Below the pieces are notes generated by a model, which saw only the letters and a program-made list of their open reading frames with translations, was not told where the DNA came from and did no database searches. Positions 9,501 to 17,931 of a stretch of 32,672 bases of DNA are shown piece by piece. The first letter of the stretch is position 1, and every line of letters begins with the position of its first letter. The position numbers and the translations under genes are program-made. The stretch lies in the sequence record SRR20825006_1098, one strand, 5' to 3'.

Positions 9501-10218
9501 TTTCTTGATACCAATCAGGCTTGTCAGCACTTTTTGGAGCCCATTGTTTTACTTTTGGACCTTTTACAAAAGCCACATTATCTTTATAAGCCGAAACAAT
9601 ATCGTTTGGGTTTACTTCTGAAGTTTTTTTAATGAGTTTAAATAGGGAAGAAGGCATTTCTTTACCATCAATTTCAAATGTTCCGTTGAAAATTTTATGA
9701 CGGCAGTGTTCACTATTTACTTGACTAAAGCCAAAAACCTCGCTATCGGTAAGCTTTCTGCCAAGTTTTTTAGAAAGAGTTTCTAGGTATTCAACTTCTT
9801 CAGCATTAAGTGCGAGTCCTTCTTTTTGATTGTATTCTGAAATATTTTCAATTTCAAAAATAGATTCTGGTTTGGTTTTTACATCAAAAATATCCTGACT
9901 CAGCTGTTGAAATTTCTGAGAGAGCATCGGATCAAAAGTTCCTTTTTTAACTGAATTGTTATAAAACTCTTCAATACGAATAATTCCGTCAATCCCCATG
10001 TTTTGGGAAATTTCCACAGCATTTGTGCTCCATGGAGTAACCATAGCTGCTCGGGGACCAATGAAAAAATCCGCCGTGTTTGTAGACAGGACGGATTTTT
10101 CTATTTTAGGCTGGTTTCCGAAAAGCCATTCTAATTTTTTAATAGTTTCTGTTGAAATTTCTCCGTGGGTCTGGACTGCAAAAACGTTGTTATCAACGTT
10201 CCCAAAAAAGTGAATCAT
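6529..10218 (-). CDS. purL: Phosphoribosylformylglycinamidine synthase (large, fused PurL)
   Basis: Motifs NSEHCRHKIFN, KAETHNFPT, GAATGSGGEIRD and HDHGAGG; glutaminase domain with GVCNGCQ and MMPHLER; 1229 aa. Confidence 0.97.
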   Translation of the reverse strand: MIHFFGNVDNNVFAVQTHGEISTETIKKLEWLFGNQPKIEKSVLSTNTADFFIGPRAAMVTPWSTNAVEISQNMGIDGIIRIEEFYNNSVKKGTFDPMLSQKFQQLSQDIFDVKTKPESIFEIENISEYNQKEGLALNAEEVEYLETLSKKLGRKLTDSEVFGFSQVNSEHCRHKIFNGTFEIDGKEMPSSLFKLIKKTSEVNPNDIVSAYKDNVAFVKGPKVKQWAPKSADKPDWYQEKDFDSVISIKAETHNFPTTVEPFNGAATGSGGEIRDRLAGGKGSLPLAGTAVYMTSYSRLEENRPWEKNMKEREWLYQTPLDILIKASNGASDFGNKFGQPLIAGSVLTFEHEEEARKLGFDKVIMLAGGIGYGKADQAIKGKPQEGDKIVVLGGENYRIGMGGAAVSSADTGEFSSGIELNAIQRSNPEMQKRAANAIRAMVESDENTIISIHDHGAGGHLNCLSELVEDTGGKINLDKLPVGDPTLSAKEIMGNESQERMGLIIGEKNIQNLRNIADRERSPMYEVGEVTADKRFCFENKKGEKPMDFALEDMFGSSPKTIMKDKTVNRNYKNAAYDVSKINEYVAQVLQLEAVACKDWLTNKVDRCVTGRVAKQQTAGPLQLPLNNCGVMALDYHGKEGVATSIGHSPLTALIDPTAGSRNAITEALTNIVWAPLKDGLKSVSLSANWMWPANNEGEDARLYEAVKAVSEFSIDLGVNVPTGKDSLSMKQKYKDGDVISPGTVIISAAGNCNAIKKVVEPVLQKPRSVGSGSIYYINISQDEFKLGGSSFGQILNSIGNDAPTVKSAQYVKTVFNTIQGLISEGKILAGHDVASGGLITTLLEMCFADVNLGANLDLSTLGETDLVKILFSENCGLVIQANDDVSFEKALSENSIDFKKIGTVLETEILQIKFNSEELSFSIPEMRDVWYKTSYLLDRNQSGLTSAKERFDNYKNQPLQFEFPKHFTGKLPKINADAPKIKAAVIREKGSNSEREMAYMMHLAGFDVKDVHMTDLVEGRENLEDIKLIVAVGGFSNSDVLGSAKGWAGSFLYNEKANKALKDFFAKEDTLSLGVCNGCQLFMELGLLNSEDKEKPKMLHNDTGKFECTFSSVKIQENNSVMLSSFAGSTLGIWSAHGEGKFSFPKGESHYNIVAKYGYESLPSNPNGSDFNTAMLTDITGRHLVMMPHLERSIFSWNWAHYPKDRNDDEVSPWVEAFVNAYGWLENK

Positions 10219-10249
10219 ACTTTTAAATATTTGTTCATTTTTGAAGGTG

Positions 10250-10257
10250 CAAATATA
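10250..10257 (-). promoter_or_regulatory. Bacteroidota -7 promoter element for purL
   Basis: TATATTTG on the minus strand, 31 nt upstream of the ATG. Confidence 0.65.
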
Positions 10258-10400
10258 ACCAAATTTGAGGATAATTAAATTAATATAGTTTGCCGAGATT
10301 TTTTTCTCAGCTATTTTTCTAACTTACTGGTTTATATGGTAGAATAATTAAAAACAAACCTTTATCTTTCGCTTCTTTAAAAACTTAAAATATAAAAACC

Positions 10401-13319
10401 ATGCAAAACAAACTACTGTTAACACTAATTCTATTTTCAAGTCTTGGAGTTTTTGCACAACAAAAATTTGCTCCAGAGCAAGTAATTGTTGGAGAACTTG
10501 TAAGACAGACGATGCCATTAAGGGATTATCCAACACTTCCGAATAACCTTAATATGGACCCTAAAACATTAACTATAGTGCCTAATGAGTCTAGAACTCA
10601 GATAGAAATTAATGATGTACCCCCGACCGTCATTGATAATATTCAAGAAACTATTGGTAAAATTGCTTCAAGAAATTTAGAACAAAATTTTATTGGCGCA
10701 TCTTCAACTGAATCTGGATTTTATCCACCAGATCCAACTGGAGCTGTAGGACCAAACCATTATGTTCACTCTGTAAATTCATTAGTTAAAATTTTTAGCA
10801 AAACTGGGACTTTGTTGTTAGGACCAGTTAATCTAGGTACTTTTCTAGGTTTTGGAGGAAATAGTGGAGACCCAATAGTATTATACGATCAACTAGCAGA
10901 CAGATGGGTTGTTAGTGAGTTTGGTAGTATTAGCGGAGGAAATTCTTTAGCTATTGGAGTATCCACTTCAAGTGACCCAACTGGGAGTTATAATGTGTAC
11001 CAGTATTCTTTTACAGGTTTTCCAGATTACCCAAAATATGGAATGTGGCCAGATGCATATTATGGAACTGTAAATTTAGATGGTTCAAGTACACGTGCAT
11101 TTGCGATGGAACGCGATGCTTTATTAAGCGGAGCTCCAAATCCAAAATTTGTAATATTTACACTACCAGGAGTTGTTGTTAATCCAAACCAAGTTAAAAG
11201 CCCTGTACCAGTTAATCTTTTAGGACAGGACCTTGCTCCAAACACGCCTGGGTATATAATCTATTTACAAGATGATGCTTGGGCTGGTGTTTCAAATGAT
11301 CACTTAAAGGTATGGGAAATTGATATGGATTGGAATAATACTGCAAATTCAACTATTTCTGCACCTCTTGAAATTCCTACAGATCCTTTTGATGCAGGTG
11401 AAATCTTTGGACAAGGAGCAGTATCACAGCCAGGAACCAATCAAAAATTAGCTGCTCACGGTGGAATTATTTCATTTGGAGCCAACTATAGAAGTTTTGC
11501 GAATCACAATTCATGGCTTATCACTTTTAATACTTTTATAGATGCTAACGACACAGGAGGGATTCGATGGATAGAATTAAGAAATAGCAATACAACCCCT
11601 TGGTCAAAGTATCAAGAAGGTACTTACGCACCAACTGACGGACATAGTCGTTTTATGAGTAGTTCAGCAATGGATGCACTGGGTAATATTGGTTTAGCAT
11701 ACAGTATTGGAAGTTCAACACTTCCAGTTGGTCTTCGCTATACAGGACGCTTTGATGGAGATCCATTAGGAACTATGACCGTTGCTGAAACAACAATTGT
11801 TAGTGGAGTTGGTGTTCGTACTAATAGCTATAGATATGGAGATTATGCACATACTTCAATGGATCCTGATAACTTAACATTCTGGCATACTTCAGATTAT
11901 TTCTCTTCTAATAATGCTTGGAGAACTCAAATTGCTTCTTTTAAAATTTCAGGAACTTTTGCAAAGGATGTTGGTATTAGCGCAATTATCCAACCGGAAA
12001 ATGGAGTGTTAACTAATAATGAAACAGTACAAGTTACTGTTCGAAATTATGGTACTGCTTCTCAATCAAATATCCCTATTCAACTTCGTGTTAATGGAAC
12101 TTTGATAGCAACAGAAACGTTAGCTGCTTCGATTGCATCTGGGGCTACAACCAACTATACTTTTACACAAAAAGCAGATTTGTCAACACCTGGAGAAACT
12201 TATACTATTGAAGTTAAAACCAATTTAACAGGAGATGAGTTTAATCCGAATGATCCTTACTCTAAAGAAGTTACTAATCTTTTCGCAAATGATGTGGGTG
12301 CAACAGAAATTACAGAACCAGTTTCTGCTCCTGAGTTGTCAAATAGTGAAACTGTTAAAGCAATAATTAGAAATTTTGGAGCTTCTCCACAGTCAAATTT
12401 TAGTGTACAATATGATATTGATGGTAATACACCTGTAGTTGAAACGTTTACGGGAACCATTGCTCCAGAACAAGAAGCAACATACACATTTACACAAAAA
12501 GCAGATTTTTCTGAAATAGGAACTTATAACCTGACCGTGAAAACTGGATTAACAGGTGATGGAAAACCTACTAATGATGCGGTTACTACAGAAATTGAAA
12601 ACTTAATATGCCAGCCAAATATGAATTGTTCCTTGGGTCATGGATTTAGATTGTTTTCAGTAGCTGAAATTAACAATCCATCTGCATGTGAAGGGTATGG
12701 TGATTTTACAAATATGGTTGCAAATCTTGCTCCAAACAGTACCAACCAATTGGAAATTACAACAAATTATGGAGGTCAATATGTAAAAGTTTGGATTGAT
12801 TTTAACGACGATTCAATCTTTACAGCAGATGAAATAGTTGTAGAAAGTGAACAACTTAACCCAGGACAAGGAGCAGGTACTTATACTACAACCTTAGATA
12901 TGAACATCCCAGCTGTGAATGCTGTTGGATTACACCGTATGAGAGCCAAAACGAACTGGAATGGAGTTGTTCCAAATGATGCTTGTGAGGATACACCTTT
13001 TGGAGAAACAGAAGATTATACTGCAAACATAGGCGTTTTAGGAGTTGAAGATTTATCAATAAGAAACGGAGAATTGCTTATTACAAGTACAGACAATAAA
13101 ATATTCAATATATCTTTAGTTTCAGATTATGATGGTATGGGTTATATTTCAGTGTATAATATTGTAGGACAGGAATTAGGCTTTAAACCCATCGGTAAAG
13201 TTGATGGAGCATTTAATTTAAAATTAGACATGTCCTTTGCTGCAAGCGGAGTATATATTATAAAAGCTGGTGGACAATCGACTAAGGTCAATAAAACAGC
13301 CAGAATTATAGTTAAATAA
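10401..13319 (+). CDS. Secreted T9SS type A cargo protein (uncharacterised N-terminal domain, two CARDB/Ig-like repeats, GEVED domain, CTD); paralog 1
   Basis: Signal peptide ending VFA-Q; PPDPTGAVGPNHYV motif; two DVG...NxG...YTFTQ.AD repeats; VWIDFNDD...RMR...GETEDY (GEVED-like); CTD ending SGVYIIK...ARIIVK. Confidence 0.85.
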   Translation: MQNKLLLTLILFSSLGVFAQQKFAPEQVIVGELVRQTMPLRDYPTLPNNLNMDPKTLTIVPNESRTQIEINDVPPTVIDNIQETIGKIASRNLEQNFIGASSTESGFYPPDPTGAVGPNHYVHSVNSLVKIFSKTGTLLLGPVNLGTFLGFGGNSGDPIVLYDQLADRWVVSEFGSISGGNSLAIGVSTSSDPTGSYNVYQYSFTGFPDYPKYGMWPDAYYGTVNLDGSSTRAFAMERDALLSGAPNPKFVIFTLPGVVVNPNQVKSPVPVNLLGQDLAPNTPGYIIYLQDDAWAGVSNDHLKVWEIDMDWNNTANSTISAPLEIPTDPFDAGEIFGQGAVSQPGTNQKLAAHGGIISFGANYRSFANHNSWLITFNTFIDANDTGGIRWIELRNSNTTPWSKYQEGTYAPTDGHSRFMSSSAMDALGNIGLAYSIGSSTLPVGLRYTGRFDGDPLGTMTVAETTIVSGVGVRTNSYRYGDYAHTSMDPDNLTFWHTSDYFSSNNAWRTQIASFKISGTFAKDVGISAIIQPENGVLTNNETVQVTVRNYGTASQSNIPIQLRVNGTLIATETLAASIASGATTNYTFTQKADLSTPGETYTIEVKTNLTGDEFNPNDPYSKEVTNLFANDVGATEITEPVSAPELSNSETVKAIIRNFGASPQSNFSVQYDIDGNTPVVETFTGTIAPEQEATYTFTQKADFSEIGTYNLTVKTGLTGDGKPTNDAVTTEIENLICQPNMNCSLGHGFRLFSVAEINNPSACEGYGDFTNMVANLAPNSTNQLEITTNYGGQYVKVWIDFNDDSIFTADEIVVESEQLNPGQGAGTYTTTLDMNIPAVNAVGLHRMRAKTNWNGVVPNDACEDTPFGETEDYTANIGVLGVEDLSIRNGELLITSTDNKIFNISLVSDYDGMGYISVYNIVGQELGFKPIGKVDGAFNLKLDMSFAASGVYIIKAGGQSTKVNKTARIIVK

Positions 13320-13340
13320 TCATTCTCAAGCTATTTATTG

Positions 13341-13375
13341 AAACCACCTTAAATTTTTTTTAAGGTGGTTTTTTT
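13341..13375 (+). terminator. Intrinsic terminator after paralog 1
   Basis: AAACCACCTTAAA / TTTAAGGTGGTTT stem followed by a T run. Confidence 0.85.
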
Positions 13376-13547
13376 AAAAAATTATCGAAAATTGAAACTG
13401 TAAATTTTACAGTAAAAGTTGTAGTCCTAATTTAATTTTTTAATATACTACAAAACTATAATTGATTTTTTTTGTAGTTAAAATATTGATTTGCAGCTTT
13501 GTAAATATTTGAAATTGCGTATCTTTAAATACTTAAAACCAAAACAG

Positions 13548-16472
13548 ATGAAATTAAAAAACCTATTAGTAGTAAGCTTCTTATTTTTTTGGGCAGGGAT
13601 TTCCGCCCAACAAAATTTCCCTCCAGATGAAGTAATTGTCGGAACCTTTATTGGAAAAACAATTCCCCTGAGTGAGTTTTCCAAACAAGAACATATTGGA
13701 AATATAGATGTTCAAGAAATTAAAATTGTAACTAATAAATCTCGTTACAACCCCCAAGTTAATGCAAATGCATTACCAATTGGAATTGACCAAAATGTAC
13801 AAAGAGATTTTGGGGTAATCAATACCCGTGCAATTGAGCAAAACTTTATTGGAGCATCCTCCTCTGAGTCTGGATCAGTGCCACCAGATCCAACCGGAGC
13901 TGCGGGTCCAAATCACTATGTACATGCCGTAAACTCAATTGTAAAGATTTTTGATAAAACAGGTACGTTATTAGTAGGGCCAGTACCATTAGGAACATTT
14001 TTAGGGATTGGTTCAAATTCCGGAGATCCTATTATTATGTATGACCAACTTGCAGATCGTTGGTTTGTAAGTGAGTTTGGTAGTATAAATAATGGAAATT
14101 CCTTAGCAATAGGGGTTTCAGAAACTGGAGACCCTACGGGAGCTTATAATGTTTATCAGTTTTCATTTGGTGCTTTCCCAGATTACCCACATTATAGTGT
14201 TTGGCATGATGCGTATTATCTTACCGCAAATATAGGAACTGCTAATAAGGTATATGCAGTAGAAAGAGATGTAATGCTAGCAGGTGGAGCGGCTCCAAAA
14301 ATAGTTGGATTCCCACTTCCAGGAAGTACTCAAAATACCAATACCGTATTAAGCCCAGAGCCTGCAAACCTTTTGGGAACAAATTTTCCAGCAAATGCAC
14401 CTGGTTATGTAACATACCTTCAAGATGACGGTTGGAACGGAGTAACTTTTGATCATTTAAAAATTTGGGAAATAGATCTTGATTGGACTACGACAACTAA
14501 TTCAACAATTTCTGCAGCCTTAGAAATTCCTACAGCCCCATTCAATTCTGTATTTGCACCATTTGGATCTGGCGATGTAGCACAACCTGGAACAAATAAT
14601 AAAATAGATATGATTGGAGGTGTAATTTCATACGCCGCTAATTATAGAAGTTTTGCAGGTCATAATAGTTGGGTTATTACTTTTAATGCCGATGTAGATA
14701 ATAACGATACCTCAGGAATCCGTTGGATTGAATTGCGAAATGATGCTACAAACCCTTGGTCCATCTTTCAAGAAGGTACCTATGCACCTGCTGATGGGCA
14801 TAGCCGTTTTATGGGAAGTGCAGCTATAGATGCAGCAGGAAATATAGGCTTAGCCTTTAATATTGCCAGTTCAACTATTCCAGTAGGAATTAGATATACA
14901 GGAAGATTTGATGGTGATCCTTTAGGGCAAATGACTGTTGCCGAAACAGAAATTGTACCAGGGGGAGGAGTTCAAACTTTTACAAATAGATTTGGAGATT
15001 ATTCGCATTTAACAATGGATCCAAATAATTTTACTTTTTGGCATACAGCTGAATATTTCTCTGCAAATAACAGCTGGAGAACCCGAATCGCAGCATTTTC
15101 ACTATCTGGTGGTTTTGCTAAAGATGTAGGTGTAAACGCAATAATTCAACCGGAGAATGGTGTTTTAACGAATGCTGAAACTGTTGAAGTAAGTATTCGA
15201 AATTTTGGTACTGATGCCCAAAGTAATATTCCTATCGAACTACGTGTTGATGGAAATCTTATAGCAACTGAAACTTATACAGGTTCTTTAGCTTCTGGGA
15301 TATCGGCTAATTATACATTTACACAAACAGTAGATTTATCAACTCCAGGACAAACATATACAATAGAAGTAAAAACAAATTTAACGGGTGATGAATTTAA
15401 TCCGAACAATCCATACACAAAAGAAGTTACCCACCTTTTCGCCAATGATGTAGGTGCATTCGAAATTACCGCTCCACTTTCTGGTCCAGGTTTAGAAGCT
15501 GAAACTATTACTGCAAAAATTAAAAACTTCGGAGCATTATCACAATCAAATTTCAGTGTGCAATATGCAGTTGATGGTAATACACCAGTTGTTGAGACCT
15601 TTGCAGGACCATTAGCTCCAGAACAGGAAGCAACATATTCTTTTACACAAACAGCAGATTTTTCTACCGTAGGCACCTATAACCTTAGTGTATCAACCGC
15701 ACTTACAGGTGATGGAAAGCCAGCGAATGATGAAGTTACTGCAGAAGTTGAAAGCTTAATCTGCCAGCCTACAATGAATTGTACTTTAGGCCATGGGTTT
15801 AGATTGTTTTCAGTTGCTGAAATTAATAATTCTTCAGACTGTGAAGGATATGGTGATTTTTCAAATTTAGTTGCAAATTTAGAGCCAAATACTACATACC
15901 AACTAAACTTTAGAACCAACTACGGAGGCCAGTATGTAAAAGTTTGGATTGATTTTAACGATGATGCTGCCTTTACTGCGGACGAAATAGTTGTAGAAAG
16001 TGAACAACTAAATCCTGGGCAAGGACAAGGAACATATAATACAACTCTTGATATGAATATACCAGCCGTAAACGCTGTTGGTCTTCACCGTATGAGAGCG
16101 AAAACAAATTGGAATGGGCCTGTTCCAAACGATGCTTGTGAGGATACACCTTTTGGTGAAACAGAAGATTATACAGCAAATATCGGTGTTTTAGGTATAG
16201 AAGATTTGTCTATCAGAAATGGTGATTTCATAATTACTACTGAAGGAAATAAAAGATTTGAAGTAACCTTAACTACAACATATGATGGTCCAACTTATTT
16301 GGCGGTTTATAATATGTTAGGACAGCAGTTAAAAGTGAAAATGATTAATAAAATTGGAGCCTCATACACAGCTAGATTAGATATGAACGAAGCTGCAAGT
16401 GGAGTATATATTGTAAAAATTGGTGGTAAAGACACAAAAACCTTTAAAACTGGACGAATTATAGTTGAATAA
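13548..16472 (+). CDS. Secreted T9SS type A cargo protein, paralog 2 (same architecture)
   Basis: ATG at 13548 (MKLKNLLVVSFLFFWAGISA-Q signal peptide) is preferred over the TTG at 13491; same motifs as paralog 1; CTD reads YNMLGQ...SGVYIVK...GRIIVE. Confidence 0.85.
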   Translation: MKLKNLLVVSFLFFWAGISAQQNFPPDEVIVGTFIGKTIPLSEFSKQEHIGNIDVQEIKIVTNKSRYNPQVNANALPIGIDQNVQRDFGVINTRAIEQNFIGASSSESGSVPPDPTGAAGPNHYVHAVNSIVKIFDKTGTLLVGPVPLGTFLGIGSNSGDPIIMYDQLADRWFVSEFGSINNGNSLAIGVSETGDPTGAYNVYQFSFGAFPDYPHYSVWHDAYYLTANIGTANKVYAVERDVMLAGGAAPKIVGFPLPGSTQNTNTVLSPEPANLLGTNFPANAPGYVTYLQDDGWNGVTFDHLKIWEIDLDWTTTTNSTISAALEIPTAPFNSVFAPFGSGDVAQPGTNNKIDMIGGVISYAANYRSFAGHNSWVITFNADVDNNDTSGIRWIELRNDATNPWSIFQEGTYAPADGHSRFMGSAAIDAAGNIGLAFNIASSTIPVGIRYTGRFDGDPLGQMTVAETEIVPGGGVQTFTNRFGDYSHLTMDPNNFTFWHTAEYFSANNSWRTRIAAFSLSGGFAKDVGVNAIIQPENGVLTNAETVEVSIRNFGTDAQSNIPIELRVDGNLIATETYTGSLASGISANYTFTQTVDLSTPGQTYTIEVKTNLTGDEFNPNNPYTKEVTHLFANDVGAFEITAPLSGPGLEAETITAKIKNFGALSQSNFSVQYAVDGNTPVVETFAGPLAPEQEATYSFTQTADFSTVGTYNLSVSTALTGDGKPANDEVTAEVESLICQPTMNCTLGHGFRLFSVAEINNSSDCEGYGDFSNLVANLEPNTTYQLNFRTNYGGQYVKVWIDFNDDAAFTADEIVVESEQLNPGQGQGTYNTTLDMNIPAVNAVGLHRMRAKTNWNGPVPNDACEDTPFGETEDYTANIGVLGIEDLSIRNGDFIITTEGNKRFEVTLTTTYDGPTYLAVYNMLGQQLKVKMINKIGASYTARLDMNEAASGVYIVKIGGKDTKTFKTGRIIVE

Positions 16473-16500
16473 TTTTTTTACACTAATTCTCCAATAAAAA

Positions 16501-16528
16501 AAAAGAGCGAGTATTTACTCGCTCTTTT
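16501..16528. terminator. Bidirectional intrinsic terminator
   Basis: AAAAGAGCGAGT-ATTT-ACTCGCTCTTTT between convergent genes, with A and T tracts on either side. Confidence 0.85.
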
Positions 16529-16573
16529 ATCTTTTCATAAAATTACTAAATACTAGTTAACGCATTTTAAATT

Positions 16574-17785
16574 TTAAGCTTTCTTCTGAAGTAACGAAAT
16601 ATAAAATCCATCAAACCCACTTTTGCTCGGCATTATTTTTTCTTCGCTCAATAATGAAAAATTCTTTCCAGATTCACGTCCTAAAAAATCTTTTATTTGT
16701 AATTCATTTTCCGAAGGAAGTATTGAACAGGTAGCATAAACTAATTGCCCACCAGGTTTTACCATTCTAGAATAACTATCTAAAAGCTCTTTTTGTGTTG
16801 CACGAATTGAATCCAAAAATTCTGGTTGCAATTTCCATTTTGAATCAGGGTTTCTTTTTAAAACACCCAAGCCAGAACATGGAGCATCAATTAAAACTTT
16901 ATCTGCTTTATCTATTAATTTCTTAATTACTTTTGTAGAATCGATCACTCTCGTTTCAATATTGAAAATATCATTTCGGCGTGCACGACGTTTCAATTCA
17001 TTCAATTTGTTATCATAAATATCCATAGCAATCAACTGGCCTTTGTTCTCCATCATTGTAGCAATGTGAAGACTTTTCCCCCCAGCTCCCGCACAGGTAT
17101 CTATAACACGCATACCTGGTTTTGCGTCGAGAATTTCAGCAACTCTTTGTGAAGAAGCGTCTTGTACTTCAAAATGTCCGTTTTTAAAAGCCTCAGTTGT
17201 AAATACATTTCCACGTTCTTTTAATTTTAAAGCGTCGGGATATCCTTTTATAGTTTCCGTTTCAATCTCTAAATCTGATAGTTCGTTTTGAAGCTTTTCA
17301 ACAGTAGTTTTTAAAGTGTTAACACGTAAAACCACATCTGCTAATTGGTTTAACGCTGCAATTTCCTTATCCCACTTTTTGCCTAATTCCTTATGGCCTA
17401 AATCATCTAACCAATCAGGAATAGATTCGCGGTATTTTCTAATTTTTGAAAGTTCATCAAATTTTCCTTTTATGCGTCGAGTAGGCGTATCTTCAAATTG
17501 CTTCCATTCTGGAATTGTAATTCCATTTAAAGTTGCCCAAACAGTAAATAATCTAAATAGATTTGGACGGTCAAAAGGTTCGCGAACTTCAGCGATTTCC
17601 GCATAAAGTCTTTTCCAACGAACAATATCATACGTAGTTTCGGCAATAAATCCTCTGTCGCGCGCGCCCCATCGTTTATCTCGCTTCAAGGTGTTTTTAA
17701 GTACTTTGTCAGCTTTCTTGTTTTCATTGAAAATTAAATCCAACGAATCAATAGTTGCAAATACTAAATTTCTGTGTAGTTTCAT
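16574..17785 (-). CDS. RsmB/NOP (Sun/Fmu) family RNA m5C methyltransferase
   Basis: Motifs VQDASSQ, DTCAGAGGKS, DAPCSGLG and YATCS; start placed at MKLHRNL (17785). Confidence 0.92.
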   Translation of the reverse strand: MKLHRNLVFATIDSLDLIFNENKKADKVLKNTLKRDKRWGARDRGFIAETTYDIVRWKRLYAEIAEVREPFDRPNLFRLFTVWATLNGITIPEWKQFEDTPTRRIKGKFDELSKIRKYRESIPDWLDDLGHKELGKKWDKEIAALNQLADVVLRVNTLKTTVEKLQNELSDLEIETETIKGYPDALKLKERGNVFTTEAFKNGHFEVQDASSQRVAEILDAKPGMRVIDTCAGAGGKSLHIATMMENKGQLIAMDIYDNKLNELKRRARRNDIFNIETRVIDSTKVIKKLIDKADKVLIDAPCSGLGVLKRNPDSKWKLQPEFLDSIRATQKELLDSYSRMVKPGGQLVYATCSILPSENELQIKDFLGRESGKNFSLLSEEKIMPSKSGFDGFYISLLQKKA

Positions 17786-17836
17786 TTTAATTATTTTATT
17801 TCTGCATAACATTTACTTAAAAACATTTTGCGGTTG

Positions 17837-17844
17837 CAAAGGTA
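17837..17844 (-). promoter_or_regulatory. -7 promoter element for the methyltransferase
   Basis: TACCTTTG on the minus strand. Confidence 0.6.
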
Positions 17845-17850
17845 TCACAA

Positions 17851-17885
17851 TTTTAGATGTAAGATTTTAGATTTTGAATTTAAGC
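17851..17885. repeat. Degenerate tandem heptamer (TTTTAGA-like x5) between divergent promoters
   Basis: TTTTAGA-TGTAAGA-TTTTAGA-TTTTGAA-TTTAAGC. Confidence 0.55.
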
Positions 17886-17907
17886 GCAAGGAATTTAAAG
17901 TTATTCT

Positions 17908-17915
17908 TACTTTTG
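17908..17915 (+). promoter_or_regulatory. -7 promoter element for the BNR-repeat lipoprotein
   Basis: TACTTTTG, 16 nt upstream of the ATG at 17932. Confidence 0.6.
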
Positions 17916-17931
17916 GCAAAAAATTGAATTT

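Noticed and set aside
10219-10400. Purine or ZTP riboswitch upstream of purL
   Set aside because: The predicted promoter leaves a leader of under about 30 nt, and no aptamer motif is visible.
13491-13547. Longer starts from the ORF track (13491; likewise 17812, 24053, 25623, 28962)
   Set aside because: Downstream ATGs give proper signal peptides or typical N-termini, and several extensions overlap promoter elements or the neighbouring gene.
10401-16472. T9SS paralogs as an assembly duplication or a DGR TR/VR pair
   Set aside because: They differ at many synonymous and non-synonymous sites throughout, with no adenine-specific pattern.
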